Source of the DNA: Escherichia coli
GTDB lineage: Bacteria; Pseudomonadota; Gammaproteobacteria; Enterobacterales; Enterobacteriaceae
Reading direction: 5' to 3' (one strand)
DNA length: 64,000 nt
NCBI RefSeq assembly: GCF_003790525.1
Contig: NZ_CP033635.1
The translations under genes were made by a program, and so were the position numbers. A model generated the notes under the pieces. The model did no database searches, was not told the DNA's origin, and was given only the letters and a program-made list of their open reading frames with translations. Positions 1 through 11,394 of the stretch are shown piece by piece; position 1 is the first letter of the stretch; the number at the start of each line of letters is the position of its first letter.

Positions 1-2
1 GC

Positions 3-1223
3 ATAAACGGCGGCAACTCAGGTGTACGCGAAGGTAGCTGGGATCTGGGAGTAGAATGGTTCCCGATGCTCGAGAATCCTGTTAAAACGCAGATTTCCGT
101 CTTTACATGGACAGATGCCATCGACCATGGTACGGAAATGACCGCGACCCGTGATGGTGTTCGTGGAAAAGAAAAACTGGATGTCCCCATCAAGTTTTTA
201 TGGTGCTACGCCAGTAACACATTGATCAATCAACATGGCGACATCAATCACACCCATGAGGTGCTTCAGGATGACAGCAAGTGCGAGATGATTGTTGGCA
301 TTGACCACTTCATGACTGCCTCGGCTAAGTATTGCGATATCCTGTTGCCCGACCTGATGCCAACAGAGCAAGAAGACCTTATCTCTCACGAATCTGCCGG
401 GAATATGGGCTATGTGATCCTCGCCCAACCCGCAACCTCAGCAAAATTTGAACGCAAACCCATCTACTGGATTCTGAGTGAAGTTGCCAAACGCTTAGGA
501 CCAGACGTTTATCAAACCTTTACTGAAGGTCGCAGTCAGCATGAATGGATCAAATATCTCCATGCGAAAACGAAGGAACGTAACCCTGAGATGCCCGACT
601 ACGAGGAGATGAAAACGACCGGGATCTTTAAGAAAAAATGCCCGGAAGAACACTACGTCGCTTTCCGCGCATTCCGTGAAGATCCACAGGCAAACCCGTT
701 GAAAACACCTTCGGGGAAAATCGAAATTTATTCTGAACGACTGGCGACGATTGCGGATACCTGGGAATTGAAAAAAGATGAAATTATTCATCCCCTTCCT
801 GCATATACCCCAGGTTTTGATGGCTGGGACGATCCCCTGCGGAAAACCTATCCACTGCAGCTAACGGGCTTCCACTACAAAGCACGTACCCACTCCAGCT
901 ACGGCAATATTGATGTGTTACAGCAGGCCTGCCCACAAGAGGTGTGGATCAACCCCATTGATGCTCAGGCACGCGGTATCCGTCATGGCGATACCGTGCG
1001 GGTATTTAACACTAATGGAGAAATGCTGATTGCCGCAAAAGTGACTCCGCGTATTCTGCCTGGCGTTACCGCCATCGGGCAAGGTGCGTGGCTTAAAGCG
1101 GATATGTTTGGTGACCGGGTCGATCACGGCGGCAGTATCAATATTCTGACCTCTCACCGCCCTTCACCGCTGGCAAAGGGAAACCCGTCGCACAGCAATC
1201 TAGTCCAGATCGAAAAGGTTTAA
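3..1223 (+). CDS. ynfF: DMSO-reductase-family S-/N-oxide reductase catalytic subunit, C-terminal 406 codons; 5' end lies outside the window
   Basis: Frame is open from nt 3 (track ORF 66..1223 is only the first in-window ATG). DmsA-paralog sequence. Directly upstream of ynfG-ynfH-dmsD as in K-12. Confidence 0.9.
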   Translation: MNGGNSGVREGSWDLGVEWFPMLENPVKTQISVFTWTDAIDHGTEMTATRDGVRGKEKLDVPIKFLWCYASNTLINQHGDINHTHEVLQDDSKCEMIVGIDHFMTASAKYCDILLPDLMPTEQEDLISHESAGNMGYVILAQPATSAKFERKPIYWILSEVAKRLGPDVYQTFTEGRSQHEWIKYLHAKTKERNPEMPDYEEMKTTGIFKKKCPEEHYVAFRAFREDPQANPLKTPSGKIEIYSERLATIADTWELKKDEIIHPLPAYTPGFDGWDDPLRKTYPLQLTGFHYKARTHSSYGNIDVLQQACPQEVWINPIDAQARGIRHGDTVRVFNTNGEMLIAAKVTPRILPGVTAIGQGAWLKADMFGDRVDHGGSINILTSHRPSPLAKGNPSHSNLVQIEKV

Positions 1224-1233
1224 GGAGTAGCCC

Positions 1234-1851
1234 ATGACCACACAATATGGATTTTTTATCGATTCCAGCCGCTGTACTGGCTGTAAAACCTGCGAACTGG
1301 CGTGCAAAGATTTTAAAGATCTTGGCCCGGAAGTCAGTTTCCGCCGTATTTATGAATATGCTGGCGGCGACTGGCAGGAAGATAATGGCGTCTGGCACCA
1401 GAACGTGTTCGCTTATTATCTCTCCATCTCCTGTAACCATTGCGATGACCCCGCATGTACAAAAGTCTGCCCCAGCGGCGCAATGCATAAGCGTGAAGAT
1501 GGCTTTGTGGTGGTTGATGAAGATGTTTGTATCGGCTGCCGCTACTGCCACATGGCTTGTCCGTACGGCGCACCACAGTACAATGCTGAAAAAGGGCACA
1601 TGACGAAGTGCGATGGTTGTTATTCGCGCGTCGCCGAGGGGAAACAACCCATATGTGTCGAATCCTGCCCGCTGCGTGCACTTGAATTCGGTCCAATTGA
1701 AGAGCTGCGCCAGAAGCACGGCACTCTGGCTGCCGTTGCGCCACTGCCGCGCGCGCATTTCACAAAACCCAATATCGTTATCAAACCTAACGCCAACAGC
1801 CGCCCGACCGGCGATACCACTGGTTATCTGGCTAATCCGGAGGAAGTGTAA
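1234..1851 (+). CDS. ynfG: 4Fe-4S electron-transfer subunit (DmsB paralog)
   Basis: 205 aa with four Cys-cluster motifs (CTGCKTC, CNHC, CIGCRYC, CDGC). aaggag RBS upstream. Confidence 0.95.
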   Translation: MTTQYGFFIDSSRCTGCKTCELACKDFKDLGPEVSFRRIYEYAGGDWQEDNGVWHQNVFAYYLSISCNHCDDPACTKVCPSGAMHKREDGFVVVDEDVCIGCRYCHMACPYGAPQYNAEKGHMTKCDGCYSRVAEGKQPICVESCPLRALEFGPIEELRQKHGTLAAVAPLPRAHFTKPNIVIKPNANSRPTGDTTGYLANPEEV

Positions 1852-1852
1852 A

Positions 1853-2707
1853 ATGGGAAATGGATGGCATGAATGGCCACTGGTTATCTTTACCGTATTG
1901 GGTCAATGCGTAGTAGGCGCGCTGATTGTTAGCGGAATTGGCTGGTTCGCCGCCAAAAATGACGCAGACCGTCAGCGTATTGTCCGTGGCATGTTTTTCC
2001 TCTGGCTGTTGATGGGCATCGGGTTTATTGCCTCTGTCATGCACCTGGGGTCGCCACTGCGGGCGTTTAACTCGCTGAATCGAATCGGAGATTCTGGTCT
2101 GAGTAACGAGATTGCTGCCGGTTCCATATTTTTTGCCGTTGGCGGATTATGGTGGCTGGTGGCAGTCATCGGTAAAATGCCGCAAGCGTTGGGGAAACTC
2201 TGGTTACTTGTCAGCATGGCGCTCGGCGTCATTTTCGTCTGGATGATGACCTGCGTGTATCAAATCGACACAGTGCCAACCTGGCATAACGGTTACACTA
2301 CGCTGGCTTTCTTCCTGACAGTATTGTTGAGCGGTCCAATACTTGCTGCCGCAATTCTGCGGGCAGCCCGCGTTACATTTAATACCACACCATTTGCCAT
2401 CATTAGCGTTCTGGCGCTGATCGCTTGTGCCGGGGTGATTGTGCTGCAAGGTTTGTCTCTGGCGTCTATTCACTCATCCGTACAACAAGCCAGCGCACTG
2501 GTACCAGATTACGCCTCCTTACAGGTCTGGCGTGTGGTATTGTTATGCGCAGGTCTAGGATGCTGGCTTTGTCCGCTCATTCGTCGCCGTGAACCTCACG
2601 TTGCCGGACTTGTTCTGGGGTTAATCCTCATTCTTGGCGGTGAAATGATCGGGCGTGTGCTCTTTTATGGCCTGCACATGACGGTAGGAATGGCTATTGC
2701 AGGTTAA
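1853..2707 (+). CDS. ynfH: DmsC-type membrane anchor subunit
   Basis: Track ORF 1613..2707 overlaps ynfG. The in-frame ATG at 1853, 2 nt after the ynfG stop, gives the 284-aa polytopic protein expected from K-12. Confidence 0.9.
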   Translation: MGNGWHEWPLVIFTVLGQCVVGALIVSGIGWFAAKNDADRQRIVRGMFFLWLLMGIGFIASVMHLGSPLRAFNSLNRIGDSGLSNEIAAGSIFFAVGGLWWLVAVIGKMPQALGKLWLLVSMALGVIFVWMMTCVYQIDTVPTWHNGYTTLAFFLTVLLSGPILAAAILRAARVTFNTTPFAIISVLALIACAGVIVLQGLSLASIHSSVQQASALVPDYASLQVWRVVLLCAGLGCWLCPLIRRREPHVAGLVLGLILILGGEMIGRVLFYGLHMTVGMAIAG

Positions 2708-2749
2708 CAAATTGGTGCGGGGCAACCCGCACATTTCAGGATGTTAGGA

Positions 2750-3364
2750 ATGACCCATTTTTCACAGCAAGATAATTTTTCTGTTGCGGCGCGCGTGTTG
2801 GGCGCGCTGTTTTATTACGCTCCAGAGAGTGCGGAAGCCGCCCCCCTGGTTGCGGCACTCACCCGTGACGGCTGGGAAACTCAGTGGCCTCTACCAGAAG
2901 AGTCATTAGCGCCGCTGGTGACTGCTTTTCAGACACAGAGTGAAGAGACTCACGCCCAGGCTTGGCAGCGTTTGTTTGTCGGCCCGTGGGCACTGCCGTC
3001 ACCGCCGTGGGGATCGGTCTGGCTGGATCGCGAATCTGTGCTGTTTGGCGATTCAACATTGGCACTTCGTCAGTGGATGCGCGAGAAAGGCATTCAGTTT
3101 GAAATGCAGCAAAACGAACCGGAAGATCATTTTGGTTCACTGCTGTTGATGGCTGCGTGGTTGGCGGAGAATGGTCGCCAGACAGAATGCGAAGAATTGC
3201 TGGCATGGCACCTTTTTCCGTGGTCAACACGTTTTCTTGACGTTTTTATCGAAAAAGCAGAACACCCTTTCTACTGTGCACTGGGTGAACTGGCTCGCTT
3301 AACGCTGGCGCAATGGCAATCACAACTGTTGATTCCTGTCGCGGTTAAACCACTCTTTCGATAG
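2750..3364 (+). CDS. dmsD: Tat-proofreading chaperone for DmsA/YnfE/YnfF
   Basis: Sequence MTHFSQQDNFSVAARVLGALFYY... matches remembered K-12 DmsD (204 aa). Track ORF starts 3 codons earlier. Confidence 0.9.
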   Translation: MTHFSQQDNFSVAARVLGALFYYAPESAEAAPLVAALTRDGWETQWPLPEESLAPLVTAFQTQSEETHAQAWQRLFVGPWALPSPPWGSVWLDRESVLFGDSTLALRQWMREKGIQFEMQQNEPEDHFGSLLLMAAWLAENGRQTECEELLAWHLFPWSTRFLDVFIEKAEHPFYCALGELARLTLAQWQSQLLIPVAVKPLFR

Positions 3365-3558
3365 GATCACCGTAATATTGCCGGATGGTGACGATTACGC
3401 GCGATTCGGCAATAATACGTTACAGTGTCACGTTTTTTTATCTCTTAAAGCACGCACTGCTTTTGCGGCTGGCCTCTTTTGCCGCAAAATAGTCGCCCGT
3501 GTTTCATTGCCCATTTCTGCTCATGCATCATCTACACATCTATCCGGATCTGAGCACT

Positions 3559-4815
3559 ATGTTCCGCCGTCTGCTTATCGCAACAGTCGTCGGTATTCTT
3601 GCGGCCTTTGCCGTTGCCGGGTTTCGTCATGCAATGCTGCTACTGGAGTGGTTGTTCCTCAATAATGACTCCGGCAGTCTGGTCAATGCAGCGACAAATC
3701 TTTCCCCATGGCGACGGTTGCTAACTCCGGCGCTCGGCGGACTGGCGGCGGGTTTGTTGCTGATGGGCTGGCAGAAATTTACCCAGCAACGCCCTCATGC
3801 GCCGACCGATTACATGGAAGCGTTGCAAACCGATGGTCAGTTCGATTACGCAGCAAGCCTGGTTAAATCGCTTGCCTCTCTGCTGGTAGTAACCAGCGGC
3901 AGTGCAATTGGTCGCGAAGGTGCGATGATTCTTTTAGCTGCCCTTGCCGCCTCCTGTTTTGCCCAACGTTTTACGCCACGCCAGGAGTGGAAATTATGGA
4001 TCGCCTGTGGAGCTGCGGCGGGAATGGCTGCGGCCTATCGAGCCCCGCTTGCTGGCAGTTTATTTATAGCCGAAGTGCTGTTTGGCACTATGATGTTGGC
4101 CTCTCTCGGCCCGGTGATTATTTCCGCCGTCGTGGCGTTGCTGGTTAGCAATCTGATTAATCATAGCGACGCGTTACTCTACAGCGTACAACTCTCAGTG
4201 ACGGTTCAGGCTCGTGACTATGCGCTGATTATCAGTACAGGTGTGCTGGCAGGTCTGTGCGGACCACTGTTGTTAACGTTAATGAACGCCTGTCATCGTG
4301 GATTTGTAAGTCTCAAACTTGCGCCGCCCTGGCAACTGGCACTGGGCGGGTTGATCGTGGGTCTGCTTTCCCTGTTCACACCTGCAGTGTGGGGCAACGG
4401 CTATAGCACCGTACAATCCTTTTTAACCGCCCCGCCACTGTTAATGATCATTGCCGGGATCTTCCTCTGTAAACTGTTTGCCGTGCTGGCGAGTAGTGGT
4501 TCTGGCGCGCCCGGTGGTGTCTTTACACCGACGCTATTTATCGGTCTTGCCATTGGCATGTTGTATGGTCGTAGCCTGGGATTATGGTTCCCTGATGGCG
4601 AAGAAATTACGCTTTTACTCGGATTGACCGGGATGGCGACACTATTGGCGGCAACCACGCACGCGCCGATTATGTCGACGTTGATGATATGTGAAATGAC
4701 CGGGGAGTATCAGCTACTCCCCGGTTTATTGATTGCCTGCGTAATTGCGTCGGTAATTTCGCGGACGTTACACCGTGACTCTATCTACCGCCAGCACACT
4801 GCGAAGCATAGCTAA
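3559..4815 (+). CDS. clcB: ClC-family voltage-gated chloride channel / H+:Cl- antiporter
   Basis: 418 aa from [11 protein letters not shown]..., with GSGIPE-like/GREG motifs and many TM segments. Track ORF has a 20-codon upstream extension. Confidence 0.9.
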   Translation: MFRRLLIATVVGILAAFAVAGFRHAMLLLEWLFLNNDSGSLVNAATNLSPWRRLLTPALGGLAAGLLLMGWQKFTQQRPHAPTDYMEALQTDGQFDYAASLVKSLASLLVVTSGSAIGREGAMILLAALAASCFAQRFTPRQEWKLWIACGAAAGMAAAYRAPLAGSLFIAEVLFGTMMLASLGPVIISAVVALLVSNLINHSDALLYSVQLSVTVQARDYALIISTGVLAGLCGPLLLTLMNACHRGFVSLKLAPPWQLALGGLIVGLLSLFTPAVWGNGYSTVQSFLTAPPLLMIIAGIFLCKLFAVLASSGSGAPGGVFTPTLFIGLAIGMLYGRSLGLWFPDGEEITLLLGLTGMATLLAATTHAPIMSTLMICEMTGEYQLLPGLLIACVIASVISRTLHRDSIYRQHTAKHS

Positions 4816-5463
4816 GCGGATGTATTGCCCCAGTTCACGCTGTTCGGCGCGCGGCAGATAAGGCAGTTCACCAATGAGCGGTGCCGGAAGTTTTTTACCG
4901 AGCACATCAATGATTTCCGCATAATGCGCAAGTCCTGGGTTGATTCGGTTAGCCACCCAGCCAATGAGCGGCAGCCCGTCGTTGGCAATCGCCTGAGCTG
5001 TTAGCAGTGCATGGTTAATGCAACCTTCCTGAATACCGACAACCATCAACACCGGCAGTTGTTCCTGCACCACCCATTCAGAGAGCGGACGCAAATCATT
5101 CATCAGACTGCGCCAGCCGCCAGTCCCTTCTACCACGACATGATCGACTTTATCGGTCAGGTTTGCCAGGCCGTTTGAAATGAGGGTGTAATTGATTGGG
5201 CAACTGTGCGCCACGCTACTTTCTTCTTCGCTTAACGCGATAGGATTAACTGCTTCATAAGGCAGTTCGATGGTTGAAACACTCTGCAACACCAGGGCAT
5301 CTTTATTACGCAGCCCTTCGGGTGTCTCTTTGCTCCCCTTCGCTACGGGTTTATATCCCGCAACCGTTTTTCCCTGGGAGGCTAACGCTTGTAGCAATGC
5401 GCGGGAAACCACCGTTTTCCCTACAGAAGTGTCTGTACCGGTAATAAAGAAACGCTTCAGCAT
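4768..5463 (-). CDS. ynfK: Dethiobiotin synthetase paralog
   Basis: 231 aa from [17 protein letters not shown] (P-loop). 3' end overlaps the clcB 3' end by 48 nt, as in K-12. Confidence 0.9.
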   Translation of the reverse strand: MLKRFFITGTDTSVGKTVVSRALLQALASQGKTVAGYKPVAKGSKETPEGLRNKDALVLQSVSTIELPYEAVNPIALSEEESSVAHSCPINYTLISNGLANLTDKVDHVVVEGTGGWRSLMNDLRPLSEWVVQEQLPVLMVVGIQEGCINHALLTAQAIANDGLPLIGWVANRINPGLAHYAEIIDVLGKKLPAPLIGELPYLPRAEQRELGQYIRLAMLRSVLAVDRVTV

Positions 5464-5587
5464 CACTAACTCCACCGTTATGCTTCACAAATATAAACCA
5501 GGAAAATAATTAACCTTGAAAGTCTAAGTTATGCTTTCCTGGCCCAAATTGAGATAGCGCAAATTTTGGTAGAACAGTTAAAAAATG

Positions 5588-6808
5588 TTAACCCTGCAAC
5601 AGACGAATCAACAAAGAACCGTTATACATCGCGTCTTTTACTAGCGCAGCCCCTGCCATCGTACCCTGGTTAGAAAATTGAGTACTCTCAACGCTAATGT
5701 GCTGACTATACGCAGGAAGGGCCTGCTGACGGATGCTGTCCGAGATGACCGGGAAGAGGATATCTGCCGCTTTACTTAACGGTGAGCCAATCAGTATTTT
5801 TTGTGGGTTAAATAAATTCACCATGATGGCAAGAATGCGCCCGACATGCGCGCCCACCCCGGTAATGATGTCTTTTGCCAGTAGATCGCCGCGCAATGCC
5901 GCCTGACACAATGAGTCCACGGTTAACGGCTGTCCATGTAACATCGAGCTCATGGATTGATTGAGACGCAGCTGTGCCAGCTCAAGAATACTGTCCACAC
6001 TGGCGATGGTTTCGAGGCAGCCGTGATTCCCGCAATAACAGCGTTTCCCATACGGGTCGACCTGCGTGTGACCTATTTCCACGAGGCTACTGCTGCCGGC
6101 GTGTAGCAGATGACCATCGGTAATGACGCCCGCCCCCACGTTGTGATCGATAACCACCTGAATCACATCGCGCGCCCCGCGTGAGGCACCAAACAAGGCC
6201 TCTGCCATCGTCCATGCGCTGATATCATGCTGGATATAAACCGGTACGCCGGTATGCTGCTCCAGCGCCTCGCCGAGCGGCATCTCTTTTACATCCTCGT
6301 AGAACGGCATGCGATGTACAATGCCATTTTCCGTATCAATAATTCCCGGCAAGGTTATGGCAATCGAAGTTAGACGCTCAAGTTTTTTCTGGTGGCGGAT
6401 AAAAAACTGATCGATATGGGAAATGATACGATCCAGCAATGGTGAGTCATCTTTTAACGCCAGTTCCTGCGCCTCCTCCACCACCAGTTTGCTGCTCAGA
6501 TCGCGCAGAGCAAGGAAAATCTCCCCGCGACTAATGCGCAGAGAAAGATAGTGCCAGGCTTCAGTTTCAACCACCAGCCCCACCGCCGGACGGCCACGGT
6601 TCCCCGCTTCTTTGATTTCCAGCTCTTGCACCAGGTGTGCTTCGAGCATCTCACGGACAATTTTAGTGATACTGGCAGGAGCCAGTTGCGCCAGACGGGA
6701 AAGATCGATACGCGAGACTGGACCAAGCTGATCAATCAGGCGATATACCGCGCCCGCGTTGGTCTGCTTTATTTGATCAATGTGCCCAGGCTGGTTTTCA
6801 GCAACCAC
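5588..6808 (-). CDS. mlc: ROK-family global repressor of PTS/sugar genes (Mlc/DgsA)
   Basis: 406 aa, GTG start, N-terminal wHTH plus ROK Cys motif CYCGNHGC. Confidence 0.95.
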   Translation of the reverse strand: MVAENQPGHIDQIKQTNAGAVYRLIDQLGPVSRIDLSRLAQLAPASITKIVREMLEAHLVQELEIKEAGNRGRPAVGLVVETEAWHYLSLRISRGEIFLALRDLSSKLVVEEAQELALKDDSPLLDRIISHIDQFFIRHQKKLERLTSIAITLPGIIDTENGIVHRMPFYEDVKEMPLGEALEQHTGVPVYIQHDISAWTMAEALFGASRGARDVIQVVIDHNVGAGVITDGHLLHAGSSSLVEIGHTQVDPYGKRCYCGNHGCLETIASVDSILELAQLRLNQSMSSMLHGQPLTVDSLCQAALRGDLLAKDIITGVGAHVGRILAIMVNLFNPQKILIGSPLSKAADILFPVISDSIRQQALPAYSQHISVESTQFSNQGTMAGAALVKDAMYNGSLLIRLLQG

Positions 6809-6942
6809 CGCATACTCCCTATATTTTCGCGCTCCGAAATAATCTGTAGGCTATGGTGAAGCACTTCAATACGTGTCGTCAAATTTTTACTTAGGCATGT
6901 GATTAACAGCACATTTTTCGGGCTTTTTCGCTGAAATTTCCC

Positions 6943-7836
6943 TCACCTGAGAGCATTCAGCAGATGAATACGAAAGTTTCGCGCAGCTGGACTTTGTTCA
7001 TGATGTTTCGGCCAGACCAACCACATTTCAGAAACCGCATCCTCTTCAGCAATCGGCACCCAGCGCATTTCGTTGAGCTGAACACGTTTAAATGACGCAG
7101 GCAAAATTGAAACGCCCAGACCAGCGGAAACCAGACCGATGATGGTCATTGCCTCACCCACCTCCTGAGTGATGACGGGCGTCAAATGGTAACGTCGCAT
7201 CAGTCCGAGAATATCGTCATACAGCCCTGTCCCGACGTGCGGATCAAAAAAGACAAAGGGTTCTTTCGCCAGTTCAGCCAGCGTTACACTCGGGTTATTT
7301 GCCAGGGGATGATCGTGCGGGATCATCGCCATAAGCGGTTCATGGACGATGACTGCGTGTTCAAGCGTCTCCGGTAACGCTGTGTTACGCAGCAATCCCA
7401 TATCCAGCGTTCCTTCAATGAGCGGAGCGATTTGCTCGCGAGTGTTCATTTCGCGGGTTTGTAAATGGACATCGGGATAATCACGGCGAAACAGCGATAA
7501 CGTATCAGACACCGCCCGAATAAAAGGAGCGGACGAAGTAAAACCAATACGCAACTCCCCCGCTTCACCCTGATGCAGTCTTTCAGCGCGAGCGGCAGCG
7601 TCATCCACCATAGACAGGATTTGCCGACTATCTGCAAGAAACTGTTTTCCTGCTGCCGTCAGAAATACACTGCGATTGGTTCGTGCCAGCAGTCGGGCAC
7701 CAATTTGTTGCTCCAGCGCCTGAATCTGCTGGCTTAGCGGCGGTTGCGAAATATTCAGGCGGGCAGCGGCGCGCCCGAAATGCAGCTCTTCTGCAACCGC
7801 AACAAAGTAACGCAGATGACGAAGTTCAATATTCAT
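6943..7836 (-). CDS. ynfL: LysR-type transcriptional regulator
   Basis: 297 aa with N-terminal LysR HTH (LRYFVAVAEELHFGRAA). Divergent from ynfM. Confidence 0.9.
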   Translation of the reverse strand: MNIELRHLRYFVAVAEELHFGRAAARLNISQPPLSQQIQALEQQIGARLLARTNRSVFLTAAGKQFLADSRQILSMVDDAAARAERLHQGEAGELRIGFTSSAPFIRAVSDTLSLFRRDYPDVHLQTREMNTREQIAPLIEGTLDMGLLRNTALPETLEHAVIVHEPLMAMIPHDHPLANNPSVTLAELAKEPFVFFDPHVGTGLYDDILGLMRRYHLTPVITQEVGEAMTIIGLVSAGLGVSILPASFKRVQLNEMRWVPIAEEDAVSEMWLVWPKHHEQSPAARNFRIHLLNALR

Positions 7837-7942
7837 ATTTAAAACATCTTATTTGAGATTATTAATATATTAGACAGAACAATTCGATTTTCCTAATCTA
7901 TCCATAAGCCTGATCCACAGGCATATTTAGCAAGGATTTCAA

Positions 7943-9196
7943 GTGAGCCGTACTACAACTGTTGATGGCGCTCCGGCAAGCGACACTGACAAGCAAAGCA
8001 TTTCTCAGCCAAATCAATTTATTAAACGCGGTACGCCGCAATTTATGCGCGTCACCCTGGCGCTGTTCTCTGCCGGACTGGCAACCTTCGCACTTCTCTA
8101 TTGTGTGCAACCTATCCTTCCGGTGCTTTCGCAGGAGTTTGGCTTAACGCCCGCGAACAGTAGTATTTCACTGTCCATTTCCACGGCGATGTTGGCTATC
8201 GGTTTGCTGTTTACTGGCCCGTTATCCGATGCCATTGGTCGCAAACCAGTGATGGTCACGGCGCTACTGTTGGCCTCCATTTGTACGTTACTTTCGACAA
8301 TGATGACCAGCTGGCACGGCATTTTGATTATGCGCGCCTTGATTGGGCTTTCGTTAAGTGGCGTAGCAGCTGTTGGCATGACTTATCTTAGCGAGGAAAT
8401 CCACCCCAGTTTCGTGGCCTTTTCGATGGGGTTGTATATCAGCGGCAACTCAATTGGCGGCATGAGCGGACGCTTAATTAGCGGTGTCTTCACGGACTTT
8501 TTCAACTGGCGAATTGCGCTGGCGGCAATCGGTTGTGTCGCGCTGGCCTCGGCGTTAATGTTCTGGAAAATCCTCCCTGAATCACGCCATTTTCGCCCGA
8601 CTTCGCTGCGACCTAAGACGTTGTTTATCAACTTTCGTCTGCACTGGCGTGACCGGGGATTACCGTTATTGTTCGCAGAAGGCTTTTTGCTGATGGGGTC
8701 GTTCGTCACGCTGTTTAATTACATCGGCTATCGGTTGATGCTCTCCCCCTGGCATGTCAGTCAGGCTGTGGTTGGCTTATTATCGCTGGCCTATTTGACC
8801 GGTACATGGAGCTCACCCAAAGCCGGAACCATGACCACCCGCTATGGGCGCGGTCCGGTGATGTTGTTTTCGACGGGGGTTATGCTGTTTGGTTTACTGA
8901 TGACCTTATTCAGCTCGCTGTGGCTGATCTTTGCCGGAATGTTACTCTTCTCAGCCGGATTCTTCGCAGCCCACTCCGTTGCCAGCAGCTGGATCGGCCC
9001 CCGCGCAAAACGCGCTAAAGGCCAGGCCTCCTCGCTGTATCTGTTCAGTTACTATCTGGGGTCGAGTATTGCCGGGACGCTGGGTGGTGTTTTCTGGCAT
9101 AACTATGGCTGGAACGGCGTCGGCGCATTTATTGCTCTGATGCTGGTCATTGCTCTGCTGGTCGGGACGCGTTTGCATCATCGTCTGCACGCCTGA
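7943..9196 (+). CDS. ynfM: MFS transporter
   Basis: 417 aa, GTG start, 12-TM MFS pattern. Confidence 0.9.
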   Translation: MSRTTTVDGAPASDTDKQSISQPNQFIKRGTPQFMRVTLALFSAGLATFALLYCVQPILPVLSQEFGLTPANSSISLSISTAMLAIGLLFTGPLSDAIGRKPVMVTALLLASICTLLSTMMTSWHGILIMRALIGLSLSGVAAVGMTYLSEEIHPSFVAFSMGLYISGNSIGGMSGRLISGVFTDFFNWRIALAAIGCVALASALMFWKILPESRHFRPTSLRPKTLFINFRLHWRDRGLPLLFAEGFLLMGSFVTLFNYIGYRLMLSPWHVSQAVVGLLSLAYLTGTWSSPKAGTMTTRYGRGPVMLFSTGVMLFGLLMTLFSSLWLIFAGMLLFSAGFFAAHSVASSWIGPRAKRAKGQASSLYLFSYYLGSSIAGTLGGVFWHNYGWNGVGAFIALMLVIALLVGTRLHHRLHA

Positions 9197-9199
9197 AAA

Positions 9200-9239
9200 A
9201 ATAAGTCCGGACTGAGGTAAATACCCGTCCGGACTTATT
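9200..9239. terminator. 13-bp-stem hairpin just after the ynfM stop
   Basis: aataagtccggac...gtccggacttatt. The A-run lies on the 5' side only, so any T-tract is on the minus strand. Confidence 0.45.
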
Positions 9240-9620
9240 GCCTGCTCAAACCAACGTTAATAGCCATCCTAAAATAGACGAAGCGCCAGCCAATTCCCGC
9301 AGCGCATCTAGCGTCATCAGGATTATAAGTACCCAAATAAACGGATTCATTTTGCTGTGTGTCATTTATTACTGATGCGCAGTTATTCTACCGCTTTGTG
9401 GGTAGTAAAATAGTTAACCCGATCAAGACTACTATTATTGGTAGCTAAATTTCCCTTAAGTCACAATACGTTATTATCAACGCTGTAATTTATTCAGCGT
9501 TTGTACATATCGTTACACGCTGAAACCAACCACTCACGGAAGTCTGCCATTCCCAGGGATATAGTTATTTCAACGGCCCCGCAGTGGGGTTAAATGAAAA
9601 AACAAATTGAGGGTATGACA

Positions 9621-9929
9621 ATGAAAAAAGTATTAGCTCTGGTTGTTGCCGCTGCTATGGGTCTGTCTTCTGCCGCCTTTGCTGCAGAAACTGCGACCAC
9701 ACCTGCTCCGACTGCGACGACCACCAAAGCAGCGCCGGCGAAAACTACACATCATAAAAAACAGCATAAAGCAGCACCTGCCCAGAAAGCGCAGGCGGCT
9801 AAAAAGCATCATAAAAATGCGAAAGCTGAACAGAAAGCTCCTGAACAAAAAGCGCAGGCAGCGAAGAAACACGCCAAGAAACACAGCCATCAGCAACCGG
9901 CAAAACCTGCTGCACAACCCGCAGCGTAA
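9621..9929 (+). CDS. asr: Acid shock periplasmic protein
   Basis: 102 aa from [21 protein letters not shown]; Lys/Ala/His/Gln-rich repeats. Confidence 0.9.
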   Translation: MKKVLALVVAAAMGLSSAAFAAETATTPAPTATTTKAAPAKTTHHKKQHKAAPAQKAQAAKKHHKNAKAEQKAPEQKAQAAKKHAKKHSHQQPAKPAAQPAA

Positions 9930-10021
9930 GTTTTCAACAGTAATGCTGGCGCGCCCCCTCGCGCCTGAAAATTACGGTGCTAAGCGGTTAACGTTTAGCA
10001 CCGCCTTTAGCGGAGGGTAGT

Positions 10022-10105
10022 ATGGTGGGCCGTTATCGCTTTGAGTTCATTCTTATCATCCTTATTTTATGCGCACTGATTGCCGCCCGTTTTTATCTTT
10101 CCTGA
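10022..10105 (+). CDS. ydgU: 27-aa small membrane protein
   Basis: ATG at 10022 encodes MVGRYRFEFILIILILCALIAARFYLS, matching remembered K-12 YdgU. ggaggg RBS. Below the track length cut-off. Confidence 0.75.
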   Translation: MVGRYRFEFILIILILCALIAARFYLS

Positions 10106-10204
10106 TCGTAGTTATCTGATTTTACTCCCACTTTCATCCCGTCCCGTCTATAGTATTTATGAGGGTTTGCTTTTAATAATCATAATTACCCACCAGAGTG
10201 TGAT

Positions 10205-11026
10205 ATGCGTACAACCATTGCTGTAGTGTTGGGTGCAATTAGTTTGACGTCTGCTTTTGTGTTTGCAGATAAACCAGACGTTGCCAAATCGGCAAACGAT
10301 GAGGTCAGCACCCTGTTTTTTGGTCATGATGATCGTGTGCCAGTAAATGACACGACCCAATCACCGTGGGATGCGGTTGGGCAACTGGAAACGGCCAGCG
10401 GCAATTTATGTACGGCTACGCTGATTGCACCCAATCTGGCATTAACGGCAGGACACTGTTTATTGACGCCGCCAAAGGGTAAAGCCGATAAAGCGGTAGC
10501 GCTGCGTTTCGTGTCAAATAAAGGTCTTTGGCGCTATGAGATCCACGACATAGAAGGCCGCGTTGACCCGACACTAGGAAAGCGGTTAAAAGCAGATGGG
10601 GATGGCTGGATTGTACCTCCCGCAGCTGCGCCGTGGGACTTCGGTTTGATTGTGCTACGTAATCCCCCTTCTGGCATTACACCGTTGCCGTTATTTGAGG
10701 GAGATAAAGCCGCGCTTACCGCCGCATTAAAAGCAGCTGGTCGTAAAGTGACTCAGGCGGGCTACCCTGAAGATCATCTCGATACGTTGTACAGTCATCA
10801 AAACTGTGAAGTGACTGGCTGGGCGCAAACGTCGGTGATGTCGCATCAGTGCGATACCTTGCCGGGAGACAGCGGTTCGCCTCTGATGTTGCATACCGAT
10901 GACGGCTGGCAATTAATTGGGGTACAAAGCTCGGCTCCTGCCGCGAAAGATCGCTGGCGCGCCGATAACCGGGCCATTTCTGTTACCGGTATTCGCGACA
11001 AGCTGGATCAACTGTCGCAAAAATAA
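10205..11026 (+). CDS. ydgD: Secreted trypsin-like serine peptidase
   Basis: 273 aa with a signal peptide and TAGHC / GDSGSP catalytic motifs. Confidence 0.9.
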   Translation: MRTTIAVVLGAISLTSAFVFADKPDVAKSANDEVSTLFFGHDDRVPVNDTTQSPWDAVGQLETASGNLCTATLIAPNLALTAGHCLLTPPKGKADKAVALRFVSNKGLWRYEIHDIEGRVDPTLGKRLKADGDGWIVPPAAAPWDFGLIVLRNPPSGITPLPLFEGDKAALTAALKAAGRKVTQAGYPEDHLDTLYSHQNCEVTGWAQTSVMSHQCDTLPGDSGSPLMLHTDDGWQLIGVQSSAPAAKDRWRADNRAISVTGIRDKLDQLSQK

Positions 11027-11033
11027 TGTTCAA

Positions 11034-11059
11034 ACGCTGCCCGACAGTGCGGGCAGCGT
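11034..11059. terminator. Hairpin between convergent ydgD and mdtI
   Basis: acgctgcccg-acagtg-cgggcagcgt, a 10-bp GC-rich stem. Confidence 0.6.
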
Positions 11060-11064
11060 GTTCA

Positions 11065-11394
11065 TCAGGCAAGTTTCACCATGATCATTCCAGCCAACAG
11101 CAAGACCAGGCCAATCCAGCCTTTACGATTTAACCGTTGACCAAACAAGATCCAACCTGCGGCTAACGTGGCGGCAATACCAAACCCGCCCCACAATGCA
11201 TAAGCGACAGACAAGTCGATCCCTTTAACGGCCTGAGAAAGCGCACTAAAGGCAGCCAGCACCGCCGCCAGGGAGAGCAAGCCAAATATTTTGCGACGAA
11301 AGCCGTCAGAAAATTTCAAAAAGACGTTAGCAACGATTTCCAGCACGATTGCCAATGCCAGCCAGGCGGCGTGAACCCATTCAAACTGCGCCAT
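11065..11394 (-). CDS. mdtI: SMR-family spermidine exporter subunit
   Basis: 109 aa, 4 TM. Overlaps the mdtJ stop. Confidence 0.95.

Noticed and set aside
1613-2707. Long N-terminal extensions in track ORFs (ynfH 1613, clcB 3499, pntA 27636, ydgH 28077, rstA 31779, manA 38178, malX 48656, ydgJ 53854, others)
   Set aside because: The extensions overlap upstream genes or lack an RBS. Internal starts reproduce the remembered K-12 protein lengths exactly.
4768-4815. 48-nt 3'-3' overlap of clcB and ynfK as an anomaly
   Set aside because: With K-12-type start choices, both genes have their expected lengths (418 and 231 aa), and as far as I recall the same overlap exists in K-12. It is not strain-specific.
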